A stretch of DNA of 64,000 nucleotides from assembly GCA_964501245.1 (NCBI GenBank), contig CAZCSE010000001.1:27020-91019 (forward strand), in the 5' to 3' direction. Both the position numbers and the translations under genes were made by a program. Shown one piece after another: positions 18,195-26,195 of the stretch (position 1 is the first letter of the stretch; every line of letters starts with the position of its first letter). The notes beneath the pieces were generated by a model. It saw only the letters and a list, made by a program, of their open reading frames with translations. It searched no databases and was not told where the DNA came from. The stretch is from Candidatus Micrarchaeota archaeon. Its GTDB lineage: Archaea > Micrarchaeota > Micrarchaeia > Micrarchaeales > CABMGC01.

Positions 18195-18869
18195 TCACAG
18201 CACTATTTCTTCTCCAAACTTCATTGTGCGTGCCTTAAGACCTTCTTTTTCTACCATATCGACAAATTCTTGTGGGTTAATATCCTTGTCTTTCGGAGAA
18301 TCCAAATGAACGGGTATTGTAACTTCTGCCCTTATCTCTTTTGCAAATTTTAATGCATCATTCGCATCCATTGTAACTCCACGGCCAGAGATTGGCAAGA
18401 ATAAGTATTTTGCATGAGTCTCTTTCGGAAGAGATGCCGGATCTATATAGAGAGTATCGCTTGTGTAATAGAAACTTGATCCGTCTGCAGAAACAACTAA
18501 TCCAAAATTAGGTATAACCTCTCCATTTACTCTGTGATCTGCAGGTATTGCTGTGAATGAAAATCCTGAGGCTTCAACTTTCAATCCCATTTCTAGAATT
18601 TTCGCTTCGATGTTTTCGCTTCTTAATGTTTCTTGTAGTTCTTTGTTTGTGAATATAGTTGGTGAGCTGCACTTAAGTAAAGATCGTATGATGCTGATAT
18701 CGAAGTGATCAATATGCTTATGTGTTATGATTATTGTTTGTGCTGTTGGAATAGTATCAACTGTAAGTCTTCCCGGATCAAGATTATATCTACCAGGATC
18801 TATTAACAGCGTGCCACCTTTTTCATTAGTTACTAACATAGTAGATTGGGCTAGCTTTTTCAACTGCAT
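18195..18869 (-). CDS. metallo-beta-lactamase-fold hydrolase
   Basis: 224 aa. THKHIDHFD (HxHxDH) motif. Last gene of the cysDN-containing operon. Confidence 0.75.
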   Translation of the reverse strand: MQLKKLAQSTMLVTNEKGGTLLIDPGRYNLDPGRLTVDTIPTAQTIIITHKHIDHFDISIIRSLLKCSSPTIFTNKELQETLRSENIEAKILEMGLKVEASGFSFTAIPADHRVNGEVIPNFGLVVSADGSSFYYTSDTLYIDPASLPKETHAKYLFLPISGRGVTMDANDALKFAKEIRAEVTIPVHLDSPKDKDINPQEFVDMVEKEGLKARTMKFGEEIVL

Positions 18870-18878
18870 TTTATCACA

Positions 18879-20114
18879 CTATGTCTGTTTATTACTCTCC
18901 TTTATGACGCCTATGCCTGCGAACTTCTTATCTGAATAGAGTACGAACCTTCCTAGTTCAGGTACCTTCTCGAAGTCTTCGAATGCTATCTCCCTTTGGA
19001 ATGACAATCTCACATATGCAGCCTGCAGGGGCTTTATGCTACCCTTGTTCTTTATGCTTCCAGTTGCTATATCCACAGTCCTGCTTATCTCAACCTTCCT
19101 GCAGGGTATCTCTACGCTGTTCATCTTTATCGACAGTCTGCCTTTGAGCGGCCTCGTATCGAAGAACAATGCATCTGCAGAACTGGCTACCCTGCATGCT
19201 TTGATATTGGTGCATGCGACAGATCCTTTCACATCCTTCCCTATCTCCCTGTTCAGCTCCAGCGTAACCACATTGCCCAATGCGGCCTTTGCGCGCTTTC
19301 TCCCGCTGACGAATATCTGCTTCACTTCCGCTTCCTTGCCGCTCGGAAGTATATTTATCCTCTCACCTTTCCTCAGCTCCCCAGAAAGAACCTTCCCGAA
19401 GACAGCTTTTCTGTCATCCTCTGGAGTTCCTTGAAGGAGAATAAGCAGCTCCTTGCTGTTGCTTCTCTTCTTCGAATGCGATAATTCTACAAGCGTCTCT
19501 ATCAGGCTGCTTCCCCTGTACCACTTCATGCTCCTTGACTTTTTCACCAGGTTCTCAGCATTATATGCAGATACCGGGACAAAGTTGATTGAGCCGGAAT
19601 CGAAACCTATCCTTTGCAGATAGTCCGTTATTCCTGAACGTATCTCATCAAAACGGTCTTCTGAATAATTTACAGTATCGAGCTTGTTCACAGCTACGAT
19701 TATCCTGTTTATGCCCATGAGCTTTGCAACGAATAGGTGCCTCTTTGTCTGCTCTGTTATACCCTCATCCTTCTTTGCCGACACTATCAGAAGGGCAAAA
19801 TCAGCGTATGATGCTCCGCTGAGCATGTTCTTCATCAGTTCTTCATGCCCCGGAACGTCTATGAACTCAAAACCGGTATCCTTGTACTTGACCTGCGCCC
19901 TTGTAGTGTCTATCGTCATTTCGTTTTCCCGCTCTTCCTCAAAACTGTCGAGAATGTACCCGGGTTCGAACTGCCTGCCCAGCTTCTTGCTGGTCTTCTT
20001 TGCATCATTTATCCTCTGCTCTGATACAGAACCGGTATTTATCAGAAGGCTGCCGATCAGAGTCGATTTGCCATGGTCCTTGTTGCCCAGGAGAGTTACC
20101 CTATTCACTATCAA
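18879..20114 (-). CDS. cysN: CysN-like translational-type GTPase (sulfate adenylyltransferase subunit 1 family)
   Basis: 411 aa. G1 GNKDHGKSTLIGSLL, G3 DVPGHEELMKNM, G4 NKLD. Collinear by eye with E. coli CysN (ERE.GITID, QTKRH, LGI..IIVAVNK). Confidence 0.75.
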   Translation of the reverse strand: MIVNRVTLLGNKDHGKSTLIGSLLINTGSVSEQRINDAKKTSKKLGRQFEPGYILDSFEEERENEMTIDTTRAQVKYKDTGFEFIDVPGHEELMKNMLSGASYADFALLIVSAKKDEGITEQTKRHLFVAKLMGINRIIVAVNKLDTVNYSEDRFDEIRSGITDYLQRIGFDSGSINFVPVSAYNAENLVKKSRSMKWYRGSSLIETLVELSHSKKRSNSKELLILLQGTPEDDRKAVFGKVLSGELRKGERINILPSGKEAEVKQIFVSGRKRAKAALGNVVTLELNREIGKDVKGSVACTNIKACRVASSADALFFDTRPLKGRLSIKMNSVEIPCRKVEISRTVDIATGSIKNKGSIKPLQAAYVRLSFQREIAFEDFEKVPELGRFVLYSDKKFAGIGVIKESNKQT

Positions 20115-20165
20115 TCAATTACCTTGCACATAATATTATATTTGAATATATGAATATATACTTTA

Positions 20166-20954
20166 CTACATATATCCCAATGCCCTTAGCTTTTCCATTA
20201 CGTATGCTTTCTCCTTGTCCTGATCACGCCCGGCACGCTCCTCGGTATCCGTCGCTTCGAGCTCCTTTATGATCTGGTCAAGGGTCTTTGCGTTTGATTT
20301 TACAGGGGTTGTGCAATGGGTGCAGCCGAGGCTCCTGTACCTGTATCCATTCCTTGAGAAGTACAAAGGATTCATCGGGACCTTCTCCTTCTTTATGTAG
20401 TTCCATATGTCCACCTCGTTCCAGTCAAGCAGTGGGTGTACGCGTATATGGCCGTCAGATTCATCATTTGAAGAGTAGTTGTCCCATAGCTCAGCAGCCT
20501 GGTTCTTGTAGTTCCACTTGAAGTCCTTGTTCCTCGGACTGAAGACGCGCTCCTTCGCCCTTATGCCATGCTCGTCCCTCCTTATAGACACTATCAGCGC
20601 ATCAAAGCCGTATTCCTTCAGTATCTTCTTCAGGGCTACAGTCTTGTTTGCCCCGCAGCATGCGTAGCCAGACATCTCAGGCTTTATTACGCTATTGCCG
20701 ACTATAAGGTCCAGCTTCCACTTCTTTGCAAGGTCATCCCTGAACTGGTATGTCTCTGGAAAGTCGATGCCGTTGTCTATGTGTATGACAGGGAAGGGCA
20801 CCTTGCCATGGAAGGCCTTGCGCGCCAGGGCAAGCATGGTTGTGCTGTCCTTCCCCATGCTCCAGAGCGCTGCTACGTTCTTGAAGTTTGACTTGGCCTC
20901 CCGCATTATGTATATGCTCCTCTCTTCCAAAGATCTTATATCCTGCTTTATCAT
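20166..20954 (-). CDS. cysD: sulfate adenylyltransferase subunit 2 (PAPS-reductase/ATP-PPase fold)
   Basis: 262 aa. PP-loop SMGKDSTTML, RYRSLGCTHCT, C-terminal ...RAGRDQDKE...LRALGYM. Confidence 0.85.
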   Translation of the reverse strand: MIKQDIRSLEERSIYIMREAKSNFKNVAALWSMGKDSTTMLALARKAFHGKVPFPVIHIDNGIDFPETYQFRDDLAKKWKLDLIVGNSVIKPEMSGYACCGANKTVALKKILKEYGFDALIVSIRRDEHGIRAKERVFSPRNKDFKWNYKNQAAELWDNYSSNDESDGHIRVHPLLDWNEVDIWNYIKKEKVPMNPLYFSRNGYRYRSLGCTHCTTPVKSNAKTLDQIIKELEATDTEERAGRDQDKEKAYVMEKLRALGYM

Positions 20955-20963
20955 GATACCACT

Positions 20964-21248
20964 TCACTTGTTGTTTACCTGAAGCCCTTTCAGGTAGATT
21001 GTTGCTCCTCTGAGCTCCTTCCCTTTCTTCATGAACAATGGGACCTTAGTTACAGGCCTGGCCTTCTTGTCATACAGCTCGACATAGGACTTCTTCAGGT
21101 CCTGCGTGTTCTTCAGCTTGCCCTTGTTGTATACTGTCTTGTAGTAGGCTATGCCTGCCTTCTTCAGTGAGCCTGAGAGCAGCTTCCAGTTCTTCTCTTC
21201 AGGGTTGTCCCATAGTTTATCGCTTATCTCTTGTATTCCATTCTTCAT
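20964..21248 (-). CDS. small basic hypothetical protein
   Basis: 94 aa and Lys-rich. Located between the RHH gene and cysD with gaps under 10 nt. No family recognised. Confidence 0.4.
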   Translation of the reverse strand: MKNGIQEISDKLWDNPEEKNWKLLSGSLKKAGIAYYKTVYNKGKLKNTQDLKKSYVELYDKKARPVTKVPLFMKKGKELRGATIYLKGLQVNNK

Positions 21249-21252
21249 AAGA

Positions 21253-21480
21253 TCACATTGTATATCCGAGAGCCTTCAGCTTCTCTATCACGGCATTGTT
21301 CTTCTTTGCCTGTGAGTCATTGCTCTCCATCTCTATTATCGTCTCTCTCAATATGTAGGTAACGCAGTCTGAGACTGAGGAGAAGCCTGTCTCCTTTATC
21401 TTCCCCTTGAGCTTGTTGAACAGCGGAGTCGGTATTGTTATCGTGGTGTACTTCCTCTTCAAACCTGCTTCCTTAGCCAT
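21253..21480 (-). CDS. ribbon-helix-helix (CopG-like) DNA-binding protein
   Basis: 75 aa. The YTTITIPTPLFNKLKGKIKETGFSSVSDCVTYILRE segment fits a beta-strand plus two-helix RHH layout. First gene of the operon. Confidence 0.6.
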   Translation of the reverse strand: MAKEAGLKRKYTTITIPTPLFNKLKGKIKETGFSSVSDCVTYILRETIIEMESNDSQAKKNNAVIEKLKALGYTM

Positions 21481-21496
21481 CTTATCACATATATTG

Positions 21497-21512
21497 TAAT
21501 GTTATAACATTA
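21497..21512. promoter_or_regulatory. perfect 16-bp palindrome TAATGTTATAACATTA upstream of the RHH gene (putative operator)
   Basis: Read directly from the sequence. Lies 17-32 nt upstream of the RHH start, in the divergent promoter region shared with 21597..21824. Confidence 0.4.
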
Positions 21513-21596
21513 TAATACATTAGGTATATAAAGCTTTTCCTTGGGACTTTTTATCGTGAGAGTAATAAATCTATAAGCTTACTTGTATTTGGTAAA

Positions 21597-21824
21597 ATGG
21601 CAAAGAAGATAGAAGTTTCCGATAAAGTATATGAAGAACTTTTGGAGTTGAAGGATAAATTTGGGGTCGAATACGTTGATGATGCAATAGGCATACTAAT
21701 TGCAGATTATGATAAGGTCTGGAAACAACTTTCAATGGAAAAGCTTTTTGATGCGAATAAAAATGAGAATAAGATTAATCTGGAAGATCTGTTGAGTGAT
21801 AGGAAGAAGGCTTGGAAAAGATAA
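21597..21824 (+). CDS. orphan VapB-like antitoxin-family protein
   Basis: 75 aa. KIEVSDKVYEELLELKDKFG resembles the N-termini of the two VapB proteins. No PIN gene is adjacent. Confidence 0.4.
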   Translation: MAKKIEVSDKVYEELLELKDKFGVEYVDDAIGILIADYDKVWKQLSMEKLFDANKNENKINLEDLLSDRKKAWKR

Positions 21825-21871
21825 AAGTAGTATCTTCTGTTTTAGGCGCTATTAAGATATGAATTCTGGTA

Positions 21872-22960
21872 TTAGCATATGGAGTTAAGGCAGTTGAGTA
21901 TCTGCTCCTTTGGAATCTCATCCTCATTTACAAGGACAGGAGGAAGACCAAGCTTCTTCAGCAGGAAGAAAGGAGTGCCCCTTCTCGTCCTCTTATTGTC
22001 ATATTTGAGGCTCTCAACGATCTTGCTGAAGAGCTCATTGGATGGATTAGGAAGTTTTGCAGGCGCCCCTATCCTCTCGAAGATTGAGTATACACGTCTT
22101 ACTTCTTCTTCAGAGAGCATGCCGAGGTCCTTTGAGAGCGATGCTTCCGCCCTTATTCCAAGCGAGAGCGCCTCCCCGTGGGTAAGTTGGAAGTTTGAAT
22201 GGAATTCTATCTGGTGACCAAGAGTATGCCCCAGATGGAGTACAGGATTGAACATCTCATACTCATCGCCTGCCATGCACTCAAGCTTCAGGTCTATTGT
22301 CCTTTCGATGATTTTCAGCAGCTCCTCTCTTGATAGTTTAAGATCATCAGGAAGGGAGAGCAGGTAATCGAGGAAGTCAAGGTCCTGTGCCATCGCATGC
22401 TTTATGCTCTCTATCAATCCGTTCCTCGTCTCCCTCTGATTAAGGGATTGGAGAACCTTGGCATCTACAAAGACAAACTCAGGCGCATAGTAGACACCGT
22501 ATGAGTGCTTTGCGAAACGGGAGTTCAGGGCGTTCTTTGCGCCTATCGCAGCATCATGCGCGGCCATAAGAGTGGTAGGCACGGCGAAGAACTTGAGCTT
22601 TTCACGGAAGTATTCGCATGCAGCGTAGCCTGCGACATCGAGCACTATGCCACCACCAAGGCCTATGACTCCGCTGTCAGCTGTGGCGAAGCCCAGCATC
22701 TCGTCCAGCACCCTGTCCTTCACCTCCCTTGCTTTTTGGAACTCTCCAGGATGGAAATCGATGAGCTTGCACTCTATCCCATGGCTCTCAATCTGCTTCT
22801 TTACAGAATCGCCATAGAGATTTTTCACATTGGTATCAGTGACTATCACAATCCTGTAGGGATCATGCTCTGCCACCATGCTGCCAAGGTCCTGAATAGT
22901 GTCATAACCTATCGGTATCTTCGTCTCTTTTCCTGCAAAATGAAAGGATTTTACCTGCAT
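21872..22960 (-). CDS. 3-dehydroquinate synthase family enzyme (sugar-phosphate cyclase superfamily)
   Basis: GLGGGIVLDVAGYAA, VPTTLMAAHDAAIGAKNALN and HLGHTLGHQIE motifs. The track start at 23029 overlaps the upstream gene, so the ATG at 22960 (MQVKSFHF) is preferred. Confidence 0.7.
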   Translation of the reverse strand: MQVKSFHFAGKETKIPIGYDTIQDLGSMVAEHDPYRIVIVTDTNVKNLYGDSVKKQIESHGIECKLIDFHPGEFQKAREVKDRVLDEMLGFATADSGVIGLGGGIVLDVAGYAACEYFREKLKFFAVPTTLMAAHDAAIGAKNALNSRFAKHSYGVYYAPEFVFVDAKVLQSLNQRETRNGLIESIKHAMAQDLDFLDYLLSLPDDLKLSREELLKIIERTIDLKLECMAGDEYEMFNPVLHLGHTLGHQIEFHSNFQLTHGEALSLGIRAEASLSKDLGMLSEEEVRRVYSIFERIGAPAKLPNPSNELFSKIVESLKYDNKRTRRGTPFFLLKKLGLPPVLVNEDEIPKEQILNCLNSIC

Positions 22961-23021
22961 ATTAATGCACCTTGTTCCTTGGTTCTTCCTTGTAGATTGA
23001 ATGCAAACAGTACAGAGGAGA

Positions 23022-23915
23022 TTATTCAACTGTTAGTACAGTGCCGCTTGCAAAGACCCTTGGCTGCTGCTCCCTTGAGAGAGCTATCTGCTGGCCCTTC
23101 TCCATAGCTATTGGCTTCTCCAGAGTGAAGCGCATCTCCTTGAGATTGTCAAGGAAGGCTATCGAGTGGGAGAAGTTCGCGGCTACCATATACCTGCCTC
23201 CTTCCTTCAGCTCCTCTGCAACAAAGGCGCTCCTCTTGATTGAGAGGGTAAATGACTTTACCTTAGGTATCTTTGTATTGCACAGTATGTCCCCCTTATC
23301 AGTCTCATCAGAGTCTATGCCCTTCATGGCTATGCCCACCCTTGTGCCCCTCGATGCCTCCTTCTGGTCAACATCCTGGGACTGTATGGACTTTATCTCC
23401 ACCTCCTTGCCCGAGCTATGGATCAGCTTGTCGTGCACCTTTACAGTGCCCCTTGTCACTATCCCCAGGGCTACCGAGCCTATGCCCTTTACAGGGAATG
23501 CCTGGTCTATGTCTATGCGCACTCCTGCCGCTTCCTCCTTGTGCTTATATGCGGTTATCTTCTCCAGAAGCTGCTCCTTTGAGGAGAATTCAAAATCCTT
23601 TATGCCTGTGCCTGCGAGCAGGACCTTTATGTCGTTTTCTTCAGTTATTATAAGATGCTTCCCGAGCAGCTCAGCGGCTATGAGAGCCTCTCCCAATAGC
23701 CTGTCAACATTAGCCGTGCTTATCACTATCTGGTCAGCAAGCAGCATGCTCTCCACGAAAGAGTAGAACTTCTCCTGCGGGTTCGTAGGGAAGAGCGCCA
23801 CTACCACATTGTCATCTGATTTCCTGTTGTAAAAGGTTATCCCGTTCTCTCCTCCCTTCTTGCCTATGAATTCCGCCAGGTTCTTGTCGACCGGCACAGC
23901 TACTACGTAGTTCAA
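23022..23915 (-). CDS. EF-Tu domain-II-containing protein without a recognisable P-loop
   Basis: 297 aa with TTG start. The central segment FPVKGIGSVALGIVTRGTVKVHDKL...EIKSIQ...ASRGTRVGIAMKGI...KGDIL matches the translation-GTPase beta-barrel domain 2. The N-terminal ~130 aa lack GxxxxGK[ST] and DxxG. Confidence 0.55.
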   Translation of the reverse strand: MNYVVAVPVDKNLAEFIGKKGGENGITFYNRKSDDNVVVALFPTNPQEKFYSFVESMLLADQIVISTANVDRLLGEALIAAELLGKHLIITEENDIKVLLAGTGIKDFEFSSKEQLLEKITAYKHKEEAAGVRIDIDQAFPVKGIGSVALGIVTRGTVKVHDKLIHSSGKEVEIKSIQSQDVDQKEASRGTRVGIAMKGIDSDETDKGDILCNTKIPKVKSFTLSIKRSAFVAEELKEGGRYMVAANFSHSIAFLDNLKEMRFTLEKPIAMEKGQQIALSREQQPRVFASGTVLTVE

Positions 23916-23961
23916 AACATCACAATCCTTATTCTCATGCTGAATTTAAAGAGTTTGCCTT
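23907..23961. repeat. direct repeat copy A (covers the first codons plus 5' region of the EF-Tu-like gene)
   Basis: gtagttcaaaacatcacaatccttattctcatgctgaatttaaagagtttgcctt. About 88% identical to copy B at about 24394-24446. Confidence 0.65.
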
Positions 23962-23997
23962 GTTCAGGTTTAGCTAAACAGTTTAGCTAAAATATTA

Positions 23998-24084
23998 CTA
24001 GTAAGCCTTATCATGATGTTCAAAATCAATTATCGTTATGACATGCTTTACTTCATCAACTTCATAAGTTATACCGTATGTCAT
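23998..24084 (-). pseudogene. C-terminal remnant of a RelE/ParE-family toxin
   Basis: My own translation gives MTYGITYEVDEVKHVITIIDFEHHDKAY*. It sits 11 nt downstream of the antitoxin-like ORF. It aligns with the C-terminal third of the RelE-like sequence at 49479..49751. The N-terminal two thirds are absent. Confidence 0.35.
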
Positions 24085-24095
24085 ATTGACCACGG

Positions 24096-24329
24096 TTAAC
24101 CAAATACTTTATTGAATTCAGATATGTTTTTGTAGCGTAGTACCTTGCCCTTTTTGATTTCCTTTATAGCGTTTGAAAGTTTCTTTGCATAACTTGCCTT
24201 GAATTCACTGCTTAGTTCAGGAAGTTCCTCAGTCTCTAAGATATGCACAAGTTTATTTACAAGCAAACTAAGATTGTCTATCTTCTTATCCAATCTTTCT
24301 ACTTCTTTCTGTATTTGCACTTCGTCCAT
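24096..24329 (-). CDS. RelB-like/antitoxin-like small protein
   Basis: 77 aa and coiled-coil-like. The C-terminal AIKEIKKGKV motif is shared with 49752..49967 (AKKEIAKGKW). Confidence 0.45.
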   Translation of the reverse strand: MDEVQIQKEVERLDKKIDNLSLLVNKLVHILETEELPELSSEFKASYAKKLSNAIKEIKKGKVLRYKNISEFNKVFG

Positions 24330-24393
24330 TCTCCCACTTGAACAATTCTCGCCGTTTAGATTATTAAATATTTCCGACGGATACAGCCGCCAT

Positions 24394-24446
24394 GTAGTTC
24401 AAACATAACAATCCTTATTCTCATACTGGATTAAAGAGTTTGCCTT
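24394..24446. repeat. direct repeat copy B
   Basis: gtagttcaaacataacaatccttattctcatactggattaaagagtttgcctt. Pairs with copy A, and together they bracket the ~430-bp decayed TA cassette. Confidence 0.65.
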
Positions 24447-24662
24447 AGCTGTTTTCTGTTTAGCATATAGTAAATTACAGTGGATTAGGGCATGGCAGTG
24501 TTTCTCTGCAGTAATTATTAGTGTTTATTATAATAATTACTAATGCATGTTTTTGTTTATTATAATTAACGATATTAGGTTGTTTATATGTTTTATGTAA
24601 CTATATCACCACAAAAGTGGTGTTTCTGTTACATATATAAATGTTAGCGCATATAGTTATTC

Positions 24663-25280
24663 ATGGCATACATAAAGATGCAGGACATATTGGATGAGTT
24701 CAGCAGGCACAACAAGAAGGTATTCAGCATAAACGATGTCGCACGAATAATAGGTAAACCGAAAACTTATGCATCAAAACTGCTTTCTCATAGCAGGAAG
24801 GTTGGCAGGATAGAACGCGGCAAGTATTACCTCAAGGATTTCGATGGCCCTGATATGTACGAAATAGCATCGCAGATAGTATTTCCATCTTATGTGAGTA
24901 TGTTTGCGGCATTCCAATACTATTCGATAACTGAACAGGACATAGTCCGCTACAGTGTAGTTACCATAAAACGCCACAGGCCTGTCAAGATTGGAGATAC
25001 TGTTATAGAGTTTGTAACGTTTGGCAGGGATAGATTCTTCGGATACAAAAAGGTAGGCAACCTGTACATAGCAACTGTTGAGAAAGCGATTATAGACTCG
25101 CTATATATGGGCTCCCCTCCACTCTCTTATGTTGAGGAGGCATTCTCTGCGGCGTCGCGTATGGGACTGGTCTCTAAGGATGTGTTAATGAATACAGCAT
25201 CGCGGATGAGATCCAAAGTTACCGAGAAGAAGGTACTAGCGTTGATCGGAACAAGCGGCATTGGCGATGCGCCAGGGTAG
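24663..25280 (+). CDS. abiEi: AbiEi-like antitoxin/transcriptional regulator
   Basis: 205 aa. N-terminal wHTH (FSINDVARIIGKPKTYASKLLSHSRKVGRIERGKYY). 6-nt gap to the AbiEii gene. Confidence 0.6.
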   Translation: MAYIKMQDILDEFSRHNKKVFSINDVARIIGKPKTYASKLLSHSRKVGRIERGKYYLKDFDGPDMYEIASQIVFPSYVSMFAAFQYYSITEQDIVRYSVVTIKRHRPVKIGDTVIEFVTFGRDRFFGYKKVGNLYIATVEKAIIDSLYMGSPPLSYVEEAFSAASRMGLVSKDVLMNTASRMRSKVTEKKVLALIGTSGIGDAPG

Positions 25281-25286
25281 ACTTAT

Positions 25287-26087
25287 ATGATGGATGAATA
25301 TGGACTTATGGAGTTTTCGGACAGGTTCAGGGATACGAGGCAGCTGGAGAGAGATTACCTGCTGAACCTGCTGCTCCACGAAAATTACTCGGTATTTGCA
25401 AATGAGCTGGTGTTCAAGGGAGGAAATGCGCTGAAATACTTTTATAGCCTGAACAGATTCTCCGAGGACGCTGACTTTTCCTATGTACCATCTGCAGCAG
25501 TGCCTGATAGGAAGAGCCTTGAGGAAAAGATGAAGACAGTCCTAAAAAACTTCAGCTCGCAGTACCAGATAATGGAGACTGAACACAGGACAAGCAAGTT
25601 GAGAGATAGAATAATTGGCATAAATTTTGAGATACGTGTTAAGGGGCCTTTCAATGCAAGGTCAAAACAGCTTCAGAATATGAAAATTGATATAAGCTTA
25701 AGGGATGATCTGATAGAGAAGCCTGATATAAAGTATCTATCGCCAATTTACCCAGACCTTGCCACGTTTTCTGTTCCTGTAATGCAGATTGATGAAATAC
25801 TCTCCGAGAAGCTCTCAGCGATAGTCGAAAGGACAAAGATGCGCGATGTTTATGATACATACTATCTGCTCGTGGTGAGGAATGTAAGATATGATGAAAA
25901 GTTGCTTAAGGAGAAGATGCGCAGACGGAACGAGAGTTTCGATAAAGAAAGGCTTGCGAAAAAGCTTGAGGATGCGAAAGACAGGATGAAGTGGAGGTCT
26001 GAGCTAGCATATATAGTAAATCAATTGCCTGACAATCTGAAGGTGGTATCAGAACTGGAGGAGGCCATGGGAATAGTGCATGATTAA
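25287..26087 (+). CDS. abiEii: AbiEii/AbiGii-family nucleotidyltransferase toxin
   Basis: 266 aa. LVFKGGNALKYFYSLNRFSEDADFSY (GG...S.D.D NTase motif) and C-terminal ...RDVYDTYYL, typical of AbiEii. Confidence 0.75.
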   Translation: MMDEYGLMEFSDRFRDTRQLERDYLLNLLLHENYSVFANELVFKGGNALKYFYSLNRFSEDADFSYVPSAAVPDRKSLEEKMKTVLKNFSSQYQIMETEHRTSKLRDRIIGINFEIRVKGPFNARSKQLQNMKIDISLRDDLIEKPDIKYLSPIYPDLATFSVPVMQIDEILSEKLSAIVERTKMRDVYDTYYLLVVRNVRYDEKLLKEKMRRRNESFDKERLAKKLEDAKDRMKWRSELAYIVNQLPDNLKVVSELEEAMGIVHD

Positions 26088-26195
26088 ATGGTTGAAGGCA
26101 CTATAGGTATGTAAGCGCAATACATGAGAAAAAATGTAAGGGTAATTCCATTGTGGAAGTGGCTTCTGGAAGACCAGTAGACACTTGCAGGCACT

